A DNA stretch of 32,000 nt from Candidatus Saccharimonadota bacterium (GCA_965230905.1 OZ246396.1:690001-722000), one strand, 5' to 3'; positions 25,019 to 31,994 are shown, counted from the first letter of the stretch. Translations and numbers: made by a program. Notes: generated from the letters alone by a model not told the origin.

Positions 25019-25117
25019 ATAGAATAAGAGCTTTTGTATGCGCTGTTCGCACGGGAGCCTTTATGTGCTCCCAGCGCATACAAAAGCTCTTACTTAAAAA
25101 TCTAAAGTTCCCGTCTA
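24995..25117. repeat. 123-nt near-perfect hairpin/inverted repeat with the conserved loop GGGAGCCTTTAT (copy 2)
   Basis: The 20-nt block TAGACGGGAACTTTAGATTT (24995..25014) pairs with 25098..25117. The 21-nt block TAAGAGCTTTTGTATGCGCTG (25025..25045) pairs with 25072..25092. The closing stem GCAC/GTGC encloses the loop at 25053..25064. There is an asymmetric bulge of 10 versus 5 nt. Confidence 0.9.
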
Positions 25118-25126
25118 ACGGCTATT

Positions 25127-25180
25127 GAGAAGAGGAAGGTGAGGTACATAAGGGCTCCCGTACCGAACCTCCCTCTCCTC
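25127..25180 (-). repeat. Hairpin with the conserved loop GGGAGCCCTTAT (copy 3), starting in the stop codon of the LCP gene
   Basis: On the minus strand: GAGGAGAGGGAGGTTCGGTAC [GGGAGCCCTTAT] GTACCTCACCTTCCTCTTCTC. Stem pairing is 17 of 21, and the 5 closing base pairs are perfect. Confidence 0.8.
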
Positions 25181-26606
25181 AATATATTCCAATATAAAAC
25201 AACTCGTCGTGTTCTTCGTAGAACTCTGCAAAGTCTTCGCCCAGGATGATGATGATTTTAGCTTCAGTGGGGCGGCTCACCGGCTGGTATTCGGCGGGAA
25301 CCGTGCTGGTGATTTCTCCAAAGGTCATGGTGGGCAAGAGTTCCAGCGTGGCGTCATTTCCCTCCACAAGGGAGATGATTTGCGTGTCGCTGGTTTCACG
25401 GTCGAGGGCGTTTCCGTAGCTCACCACGTTGAATCCATAACGTTTTAAATACATTTTGGTGAGTCCGGCGAGGCTGTCCTCTTTGGTTCCGTTCAGCACT
25501 TCAATGGGCACATTTCCCATGGTGATTTCAGGATGGTAGAGGAAGAGTTGAGCAAAGAGTTGGAGCTCTACAAAATTCATTTCGCCGGCGTAGGGGATGA
25601 GGTAGTACGGCTCGTTTTCTTCCCGGGGTGGAGTGTAGAGAAATCCGCCTATAGAAGTTGCGTCGTCGCTGATCACCGCAGAGAATATGGAGTCGCCGGT
25701 GAGACCTTCGGCAAAGTCCACCAAGGAGAGCATTTCATCCAGTTCCATATCGGTTTCAAAATTGGAAGATATAGCCCAGTAGAGGTCTTTGATTTGGCTT
25801 GGACTCGTCAGCATGCCCATGCTCATGGCCTTGTCTTTAATGGCGGAGATCACTTCTTGTTGGCGGCGAGCACGGTCGAAGTCGGAGGTGTTGTGGCGGC
25901 TGCGCACATACTTGAGCGCGGTTTCTCCATCGAGTTTTTGCACCCCCGCTTCCAAATAAAATGGATCGTAGAGATAGTCGGACCCGTCGGGGGCGGGGTA
26001 GGCGTCGTCAATAATGGTTTGTTCTACGTTCACGGTGATTCCGCCGAGCGCATCCACAATGTCCACAAAACCCTGGAAATCTATTTTTGCGTAGTAGTGG
26101 AGTTCCACATCGAAGACTTCCTCAATTTCTCCCCGTAGTTGATCCATGGCATAGAGCGGATCTTCGGTTTCGTCGAGCACATATTCATAAATACTGTTGA
26201 TGCGCGTGCCCCAGCCCACTTCTTCATTCTCCACATAAAAGTCGCGTGGGATGGAAATCATGGAAACGGTGTTGGTGTCGTGATCAATGGAAGCCACCAT
26301 CATGGTGTCCGTGAGGTTTTCGCCGTCGTGGCCTTCACCGCCCACTCCCACAAGGAGGACGTTGGTGTGTCCGTAGGCATCGGTTTCCACTTCCTGGCCC
26401 ACGGCTGAAATGAAAATTTGCTTAACGGAAAAAGGATTGCCATTGGCAATGGCGCCCACCACTCCTTTGAGCGTGAATAAGCCCAAAACAAGTGCCAGCA
26501 GGCTCAAGAAAATATGGCTTTTGATCCATGTCTTGGCTCCCTTGCGGTTTCTACGTGGCTCTTCGTGACGAGGAGTCTGAATAGCTCTGGTTTCGAAAGA
26601 ATTCAT
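25179..26606 (-). CDS. LytR-CpsA-Psr (LCP) family cell-envelope transferase with a C-terminal LytR_C-like domain (475 aa)
   Basis: An N-terminal TM anchor is followed by NVLLVGVGGEGHDGENLTDTMMVASIDHDTNTVSMISIPRDFYV...ALKYVRSRH...SDFDRARRQQEV, which is the LCP core pattern. Confidence 0.92.
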   Translation of the reverse strand: MNSFETRAIQTPRHEEPRRNRKGAKTWIKSHIFLSLLALVLGLFTLKGVVGAIANGNPFSVKQIFISAVGQEVETDAYGHTNVLLVGVGGEGHDGENLTDTMMVASIDHDTNTVSMISIPRDFYVENEEVGWGTRINSIYEYVLDETEDPLYAMDQLRGEIEEVFDVELHYYAKIDFQGFVDIVDALGGITVNVEQTIIDDAYPAPDGSDYLYDPFYLEAGVQKLDGETALKYVRSRHNTSDFDRARRQQEVISAIKDKAMSMGMLTSPSQIKDLYWAISSNFETDMELDEMLSLVDFAEGLTGDSIFSAVISDDATSIGGFLYTPPREENEPYYLIPYAGEMNFVELQLFAQLFLYHPEITMGNVPIEVLNGTKEDSLAGLTKMYLKRYGFNVVSYGNALDRETSDTQIISLVEGNDATLELLPTMTFGEITSTVPAEYQPVSRPTEAKIIIILGEDFAEFYEEHDELFYIGIY

Positions 26607-26636
26607 GCTAATTTACGGCCAAAAAGCTGCTTAGGT

Positions 26637-26664
26637 ATTCTAGTGAAACTGGGGGGAATAGCAA
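26637..26664 (-). promoter_or_regulatory. Promoter candidate for the LCP-dac-mraY operon
   Basis: On the minus strand: TTGCTA (26664..26659), a 16-nt spacer, then TAGAAT (26642..26637). Confidence 0.4.
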
Positions 26665-26717
26665 GTTGGCTCTAAATATTCATCAAAGTGCCAAATATGC
26701 CGAATGCAATCGCACTT

Positions 26718-27116
26718 TTAATTGTTTTGTACTGCTCTGATTGCTGCTTGTGTTGCGCGAACAACTGGACCAATTTCTTTAAATATTTCATCAAGTCTTA
26801 CTCTTTTTGCTTGGATACCTGGGTGTGCAAAGGCAGCTGCGAGTGAAATTATCTCATCGTCGGCAAGCCCCTCTACGGGTTCACGAGCTACCTTATAGAA
26901 TTCAGCTGCGGCTGATACAAGAGCAGTTACTCTTTCTTGATCAAAGTAGGGATTGTTGACTACATGTTCATCCAGCCATCGGAAGACTTGATCTGAATCT
27001 TGTGCATGTGGTGAGAGGAGAGGATTGAGTGCATTGTGTCCGAGAATTAGTTTCGGGTCCTCTAACGCTCCAGCTATGAGCGCAAGACCATCTGCGATTA
27101 AACTTTTGCCTTCCAT
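26718..27116 (-). CDS. Hypothetical protein (132 aa), first gene of the low-G+C island
   Basis: Helical-looking ORF with no recognisable family. Confidence 0.6.
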   Translation of the reverse strand: MEGKSLIADGLALIAGALEDPKLILGHNALNPLLSPHAQDSDQVFRWLDEHVVNNPYFDQERVTALVSAAAEFYKVAREPVEGLADDEIISLAAAFAHPGIQAKRVRLDEIFKEIGPVVRATQAAIRAVQNN

Positions 27117-27203
27117 GCTTATTTGTTACACCCAAAAAGTATACAGATTGTTTTGTTCCATACAATGTCCAAGGCTGTACGATGTTTTTGCTTGTTACAA
27201 TTT

Positions 27204-27223
27204 CGCACTATGCGAATAGTGCG
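27204..27223. repeat. Perfect 8-bp stem with a GCGA tetraloop
   Basis: CGCACTAT-GCGA-ATAGTGCG lies between two minus-strand genes, 28 nt downstream of the stop of 27251..27526. No U-tract follows on the minus strand. Confidence 0.6.
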
Positions 27224-27250
27224 TGTTATGTGATGTATTTTTGCGGCTAT

Positions 27251-27526
27251 TTATTTACCAAACATTCTTACTCTAATTCCTTCAGCTTCTTCTGCAAGTT
27301 TTTGCCATTCTTGTGTATTACTTGGCGGGTTTTTATCAGCCAGGACAGATAGCTGGCAAACAGTGTTAGGATCGAATTCTCCAAACGCTTCTCGAAATTT
27401 CCCCCGTGTCATACCAGTTTTAATGTGGATAAATTCAATACTGTTTGCAGCGGCTACAGCTTCCAGATCTTCTCTGCTTGCAAACCGCCTTGCTGTATCT
27501 GCTAATTGGCGAATTTTATCTAACAT
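27251..27526 (-). CDS. Hypothetical protein (91 aa)
   Basis: ORF with a strong promoter directly upstream. No family recognised. Confidence 0.6.
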   Translation of the reverse strand: MLDKIRQLADTARRFASREDLEAVAAANSIEFIHIKTGMTRGKFREAFGEFDPNTVCQLSVLADKNPPSNTQEWQKLAEEAEGIRVRMFGK

Positions 27527-27534
27527 AGAATACT

Positions 27535-27562
27535 ATATTAGCAAAAACTTGCATTTTGTCAA
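27535..27562 (-). promoter_or_regulatory. Promoter for ORF 27251..27526, -10 box 8 nt from the ATG (leaderless candidate)
   Basis: On the minus strand: TTGACA (27562..27557), a 16-nt spacer, TAATAT (27540..27535), then agtattct and the ATG (27526). Confidence 0.5.
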
Positions 27563-27806
27563 GGTCTGCCGCAAAAATATAGCATATAATTCGTTCATAT
27601 GCTAAACGGCGAGGGCTCGATCTATCATCTTGGCCACATCTCTTAACTTAGTGTTTTTTGACTTGTCGAAAATAGCTATACAGTGAGCTCTCACTGCTTC
27701 GCTGAGATCACTTGGGGTGCCGCTTCATCTTCAGCGACTAGAATTTTGCTGGCCATATTGCAAAGGGTTGGAAAAGTAATGTTTATGCATTTTCTTGGCC
27801 GTCGTC

Positions 27807-27833
27807 CGGAACGTTAGCAGAAGTTGCGCTGAC
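27807..27833. repeat. Left copy of the ~27-nt inverted repeat bracketing ORF 27835..28410
   Basis: CGGAACGTTAGCAGAAGTTGCGCTGAC. The inner 14 nt, GAAGTTGCGCTGAC (27820..27833), are perfectly repeated in reverse complement at 28457..28470. Confidence 0.75.
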
Positions 27834-27834
27834 G

Positions 27835-28410
27835 TTATTCCACTACCTTTACTTGAGCAAAATGTGAATAACAATCTGGAGCTCCTCTGCCTCCAGTGTA
27901 TAGGTATCGTTCGAGCTCGACTGTTATTGGATTTTCAGAGCTAGAATTCAGAATTGTTTCTGATTCTTCTAAGGAATTGGTGTATTTTTGCATGCCGAAT
28001 TCGTTGGAATCATTCATGCGCCATAAAATATCCTCTTCGATACATCCCAATCCAATGCTCGTTTCTCCTACAAAAGAATTTCCTCTTTGCTCCTCGATGT
28101 AATCATCAAGGAATTCATTGTCGGTGTTTAATACATTGAAGAAAGTATATGTATAGATTGGACAATTTTCTTCACAAAAAGCTTCTGGTCTTTCCTCGAA
28201 AGTAAGATAACCATTAACTACAAGTTTGCCGTAGTATGCGTAATTGTCCTCGTCATAGTGAAAGTTGTCTGTTGCTGATTTTTCTTCGTTATCAGCACGA
28301 ATGCTTTCATTGTCATCCAGCAAAGAGGAAATCCTGTTTTCTTGCCAAAAGTAAACCGAAATACCAACCGCGACGCAGACAACGAGAACGATACCTAATT
28401 TGTTATTCAT
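27835..28410 (-). CDS. Membrane-anchored or secreted hypothetical protein (191 aa from the ATG at 28410), low G+C
   Basis: MNNKLGIVLVVCVAVGISVYFW is a signal anchor. An acidic, Asn/Tyr-rich domain with 4 Cys follows. The 29-codon extension in the ORF track (start at 28497) covers the inverted repeat and is probably not coding. Confidence 0.7.
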   Translation of the reverse strand: MNNKLGIVLVVCVAVGISVYFWQENRISSLLDDNESIRADNEEKSATDNFHYDEDNYAYYGKLVVNGYLTFEERPEAFCEENCPIYTYTFFNVLNTDNEFLDDYIEEQRGNSFVGETSIGLGCIEEDILWRMNDSNEFGMQKYTNSLEESETILNSSSENPITVELERYLYTGGRGAPDCYSHFAQVKVVE

Positions 28411-28456
28411 ACTTCGTTTATTAGTTGAATAAATTGTACACAACTGCAAATCAGAA

Positions 28457-28483
28457 GTCAGCGCAACTTCAACTAAGTTTCCG
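28457..28483. repeat. Right copy of the inverted repeat bracketing ORF 27835..28410
   Basis: GTCAGCGCAACTTCAACTAAGTTTCCG is the reverse complement of the left copy with 23 of 27 matches, and the inner 14 nt are perfect. Confidence 0.75.
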
Positions 28484-28525
28484 CTTTTGTTGGCCATATT
28501 TCAATAGCTTTGTCGAAAACTTTCG

Positions 28526-28969
28526 CTATGGCCCAACTTTTCTTTGAAGGTAAAGGCGCGGCTCTCCATCCCCAAAATAATTGTCCTTCCACCCCGTGAT
28601 ACAAAAATCAAAATGTAAATATATCAATATCGCCGGAGTATTCCCCGGATGAACAACTAATGAACAGTTTTTGTTGCCGATTTCATCTAATAGTTTGTTC
28701 ATGGCTAAACTGGCAATACCCTGTCCACGATATTCTGGCATAACGGTAAGGCCGTTGACTAAAACGGCTCCATCGTCTTGGTTTTTATACGAGATAGTAC
28801 CGATGGCTTTATTGCCATTAATAATGGCATATACTTGGCTTTCCCCAATATACTTTTTATAGCCTTCCTCGCCGTCACAAGGTGCGAACATATCACTTGC
28901 TGCACCTTCCTCCAAAGATCGTGCTAGTTCCCAGTCATCAATAGTTATTTTTTTGAATTCAATATCCAT
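28526..28969 (-). CDS. GNAT-family N-acetyltransferase (147 aa from the ATG at 28969)
   Basis: LVNGLTVMPEYRGQGIASLAMNKLLDEI is the acetyl-CoA binding motif (R/Q-x-x-G-x-G/A). The size is typical of GNAT proteins. The start is chosen at MDIEFKKITIDD. Confidence 0.8.
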   Translation of the reverse strand: MDIEFKKITIDDWELARSLEEGAASDMFAPCDGEEGYKKYIGESQVYAIINGNKAIGTISYKNQDDGAVLVNGLTVMPEYRGQGIASLAMNKLLDEIGNKNCSLVVHPGNTPAILIYLHFDFCITGWKDNYFGDGEPRLYLQRKVGP

Positions 28970-29108
28970 ATTTGGGTTCTCAATTTCGTATAGAAAACAG
29001 ATATTAGTAGTATAGGTGAACTTAGTGGAAAAAGCATTGTGCAAAACTTTCGCGAAATTTGCAGCGATTTCAGGAATTTGTCAGGAAAATTCTGTTAGGG
29101 TGATTGTT

Positions 29109-29545
29109 ATGGATGTTTATAAAACTAAGGCGGGGAAGTTAACGGGAACTGATTTTTATGAGGTACGGGCTGCTGCAATGGTGGTTTTTAAGAAAATTAA
29201 ACAGAAGTCTAGAAGACAGCCTTATATTCGATCGTTCTATTTTAAAAAAGATAAAGTTTTTTTGAATTTATTCTGGCAGCATTTATTTGATAAAGAGAAT
29301 TGGAGAGACCGTATGAGGCGACTCCAGTATTTTGAGGCTGCACTTGAATTGATTGAACGTGCCAGTATTAAACCCCAGTCAAAGAATAATCCTAATAAAG
29401 CGAATGAGATTCTCCATCGCTTTACGGGCGTTACAAAAGAAGGCGATTTATTCTTGTACAGATAAAAGAAAGTCTTAATTCTAAGAAGAAATTCCTTATG
29501 TCGATTTTTCCTGGGGATAAAGAAAAAGCCTCCCGCTTTGCGTAG
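29109..29545 (+). pseudogene. Conserved-hypothetical-like ORF with an apparent 1-nt frameshift near its 3' end
   Basis: The intact ORF 29109..29465 ends ...HRFTGVTKEGDLFLYR*. Shifting back 1 nt at 29456 continues for 29 codons plus a stop as VQIKESLNSKKKFLMSIFPGDKEKASRFA*, ending at 29545. From memory, small proteins of this type end ...F.VQIKE...K.F.S.FP. Confidence 0.45.
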
Positions 29546-29610
29546 TGTATAAACTACAGGCCGTTGGCTCTTTCATCCCTATTTTATTCCAAACTATTTC
29601 CTTGTCAATT

Positions 29611-31047
29611 ATGATCCTACCGCTCCTCTCTGCACTCAGTTTTTTTGCCGGCGTGCTGCTGGCTACGTTTAGTGAGGTCGGGGCTGCGCAGTGGGCGTGG
29701 CCGGTGGCGTTGCTGCTGTGTTTTAAAAAGAAAGGCGTGGGGCTTTTGGTGCTGGCGTTTTTGTTCGGCGTATGGCGGATGGATTTTTATGAGGAAAATT
29801 TGGAACAGGGGCAGACTGGGCTTCGCCCAGGAGGCGAGGTGGAATTGGAGGGCGTGATTGTTGCCGAAGTGGACGTGCGCAGCGACCACCAAAAAATCAC
29901 GGTGGAAACGGAGCAGGGGCGTGTGCTGGTGAAGGCGGGTCAGTATGAGGATTTGCACTATGGGGACCGGGTGAAAGTATTGGGGGAATTGGAGCGTCCG
30001 GAGGCGGGGGATTCGTATGCGAATTATTTGTTTCGTTATGGAATTTTGATGAGCATGGACCGGGCGCAGGTGGAAGTTTTGGAGCCGGCTGGGTTTTCGC
30101 TGCGTGGATTTTTGTACGATTTTAAAGAGCGAGTTCAGATGCACATCAACCGGCTGTATTTTGAGCCGGAGGCGAGTTTGGTTTCTGGGCTTTTGCTGGG
30201 CAGCCGCAAGGGAATGAGTGAGGAGCTGACGCGTGATTTTCAAGCGGTGGGGCTCACGCACATTGTTGCGGTTTCCGGTTACAATATTAGCCTCGTGATT
30301 GCATGTATTTTTGCGCTGTTTTCTTTTGTGCCCATGAAACGGCGGGTGATTGTGAGCGTGATTTCGGTGGCGCTGTTTGTTTTGTTTGTGGGCGCGTCCG
30401 CGGCTGCGGTGCGAGCGGGAATAATGGGGAGTCTGGCGATGTGGGGACTCTACACGGGGCGCCGCAGTCAGGCCTTTTTTGCGCTGCTGTGGAGTGCGGT
30501 GGTGATGATACTTTGGAACCCCGCAATTCTGCCTTTTGATATTGGCTTTCAACTTTCCTTTGTGTCCACGCTGGGGCTGTTGGTCTTCACGCCCATGCTC
30601 GAAAAAATCTTTCCGCTCAAGGTGCCTTTTTTGCGCGAAGCCCTCTTACTCACGCTGAGTGCGCAGCTTGCGACCTTTCCATTTATGCTCTTTTATTTTG
30701 GACGGCTTTCCCTCATTTCACCGGTGGCGAATTTGGTGGTGGCTCCGCTGCTTCCATTTTCCATGCTTTTTTCTGGGCTGTCTTTGGTGGGTGGAATGCC
30801 GTTTGCGGTGCTGGCGACGGTGTTCTTAAAAGGAATCATTTTCAGCACGCGCGTGCTCGCCAAAATTCCCTACGCGGATGTGCCGCTGCAAATCGGGCTG
30901 CACGGATTTCTGCTTACTTTGTCTTTGCTTTCTTTTTTGGTCCTAATTTTTTATAAACCCAAATTGGTCCGAGCTTTTCTTCGCGGATCCGGGGAAGTTT
31001 TTTCCAAGGTTCCACGCCCTCAATCACAAAGGCATGAGACACAATGA
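29611..31047 (+). CDS. comEC: ComEC/Rec2-family competence channel protein, short form without a metallo-beta-lactamase domain (478 aa from the ATG at 29611)
   Basis: An N-terminal OB-like region (GEVELEGVIVAEVDVRSDHQKITVE...GDRVKVLGELERP) is followed by the competence domain motif GLTHIVAVSGYNISLV and many TM segments. Confidence 0.88.
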   Translation: MILPLLSALSFFAGVLLATFSEVGAAQWAWPVALLLCFKKKGVGLLVLAFLFGVWRMDFYEENLEQGQTGLRPGGEVELEGVIVAEVDVRSDHQKITVETEQGRVLVKAGQYEDLHYGDRVKVLGELERPEAGDSYANYLFRYGILMSMDRAQVEVLEPAGFSLRGFLYDFKERVQMHINRLYFEPEASLVSGLLLGSRKGMSEELTRDFQAVGLTHIVAVSGYNISLVIACIFALFSFVPMKRRVIVSVISVALFVLFVGASAAAVRAGIMGSLAMWGLYTGRRSQAFFALLWSAVVMILWNPAILPFDIGFQLSFVSTLGLLVFTPMLEKIFPLKVPFLREALLLTLSAQLATFPFMLFYFGRLSLISPVANLVVAPLLPFSMLFSGLSLVGGMPFAVLATVFLKGIIFSTRVLAKIPYADVPLQIGLHGFLLTLSLLSFLVLIFYKPKLVRAFLRGSGEVFSKVPRPQSQRHETQ

Positions 31048-31477
31048 GCGCGCCGGGTTTGAGTTGAGGAATCAAATGATCTTTCATGCGCTTCATGGAG
31101 TGGGTGAGGAGGTAGCAGAAAATTACATCCGCATCGCTGAGGTCTTTTTTCCAAAAGTTTCCGAACTTTAATTTGGCGGAAGTGCGCCACCAAAACAGGC
31201 TGAGGAATTTTGCCCAGACCCACACAAGCGGGGAGAATTCGTAGCCCACGGCATTGGCGCCATAGTCCTTGGCTGCATGGTGAACGAGGCGTCCGTCTCC
31301 ACTGCCCAGGTCGTATACTTTCATGCCAGGTTTGAGGTCCGCTGCTTTGAGCATGCGCTGCACTTGCACCATTTCGGTGGGCACAAAAGGTGCGCCGGCG
31401 ATCATGGCGTAGCAGGTGGGTACAATTAAAACGGCATAGCCAAGTATTTCTAGTAGGGACAAAGTGGGAAGCTGCAT
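30914..31477 (-). CDS. TM-anchored class I SAM-dependent methyltransferase (187 aa)
   Basis: An N-terminal TM segment is followed by GAPFVPT and motif I VYDLGSGDGRLV, then AVGYEFSPLVWVWAK. The order resembles the FAM173 (ATPSCKMT/ANTKMT)-type lysine methyltransferases as I remember them. Confidence 0.8.
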   Translation of the reverse strand: MQLPTLSLLEILGYAVLIVPTCYAMIAGAPFVPTEMVQVQRMLKAADLKPGMKVYDLGSGDGRLVHHAAKDYGANAVGYEFSPLVWVWAKFLSLFWWRTSAKLKFGNFWKKDLSDADVIFCYLLTHSMKRMKDHLIPQLKPGALIVSHAFVIEGVEPWKKLPRIREEKLGPIWVYKKLGPKKKAKTK

Positions 31478-31521
31478 TGCGGCGTAGAAAAAACAGAGCT
31501 AAGATACAGTAAAATTCCGCC

Positions 31522-31638
31522 ATGCACTATCTTATTCTTACCGCCTTAGTGATTGTGGGATTTCCTTATATCCTTACCCTCCTCCACGCATGTTTTTCTT
31601 CAAAAGCAAAACGCTCACGCACAAGCAAACCGCGATGA
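31522..31638 (+). CDS. Possible 38-aa membrane peptide (below the ORF-track cutoff)
   Basis: My translation is MHYLILTALVIVGFPYILTLLHACFSSKAKRSRTSKPR*. Its TGA (31636..31638) overlaps an in-frame ATG (31635) of the next ORF in an ATGA junction. This is speculative. Confidence 0.2.
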   Translation: MHYLILTALVIVGFPYILTLLHACFSSKAKRSRTSKPR

Positions 31639-31994
31639 TTGGCTTTGTGCTCGCCCTTATTTCTGTGCTCACCATGGCACTCATGACGACTGTTTTCCCG
31701 CACTTTGGCGCGTGGCTTAATAACAATGGTGTGTACCAATTGGATCTTTTCCTTTTGATATTTTTTGTCACGATTTTTTTGGCCGTTCAAGGATTGCTGC
31801 TTTTTGGATTCCCCCTTTATTACGCGCAGGACAAAAAGAGCCACATGACCGGCTTTCAGATTTTGCTCTACGCGCTGATGTGGATGATTCTTTTGGTCTT
31901 GGCCGTTGCGCTCATTTTTATTCCTATTAATAAGCAAAAGGCTTATACCTTGGAGGATTTGACGCCGAACGTGGAAGTGGAAACGGAACTTTAA
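31590..31994 (+). CDS. Integral membrane protein (134 aa; alternative start at 31635)
   Basis: Three to four hydrophobic segments (MIGFVLALISVLTMALMTTVF, LDLFLLIFFVTIFLAVQGLLLFGF, ILLYALMWMILLVLAVALIFI). The stop is at 31992..31994. Confidence 0.65.
   Translation: MFFFKSKTLTHKQTAMIGFVLALISVLTMALMTTVFPHFGAWLNNNGVYQLDLFLLIFFVTIFLAVQGLLLFGFPLYYAQDKKSHMTGFQILLYALMWMILLVLAVALIFIPINKQKAYTLEDLTPNVEVETEL

Noticed and set aside
24985-25083. A 33-codon N-terminal extension of the dac ORF (MYALGAHKGSRANSAYKSSYSIWKSKVPVYTTC).
   Set aside because: It is encoded entirely by the palindromic 123-nt element and precedes a perfectly good signal peptide starting at the ATG at 24984. A promoter-like element lies inside it.
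26718-27116. A possible HEPN-like R-x4-H motif (RWLDEH) in the 132-aa protein, suggesting a toxin-antitoxin pair with the 91-aa neighbour.
   Set aside because: The motif is a single short match with an atypical residue after the Arg. The neighbour lacks nucleotidyltransferase or antitoxin motifs, and the genes are 134 nt apart with separate promoters.
27743-28507. A direct repeat covering two minus-strand ATGs: ATTTTGCTGGCCATATTGCAAAGG (27743..27766) versus CTTTTGTTGGCCATATTTCAATAG (28484..28507). Also TTGTCGAAAA at 27663 and 28511.
   Set aside because: With 19 of 24 matches and a 10-nt perfect core, it is not clearly above chance for nearby sequences. It is noted as possibly related to the inverted-repeat-bracketed cassette but not relied upon.
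29617-30552. A 311-aa minus-strand ORF inside comEC.
   Set aside because: It is antisense to comEC and has a highly basic, low-complexity composition (runs of R, H, K, Q). It is a shadow ORF.
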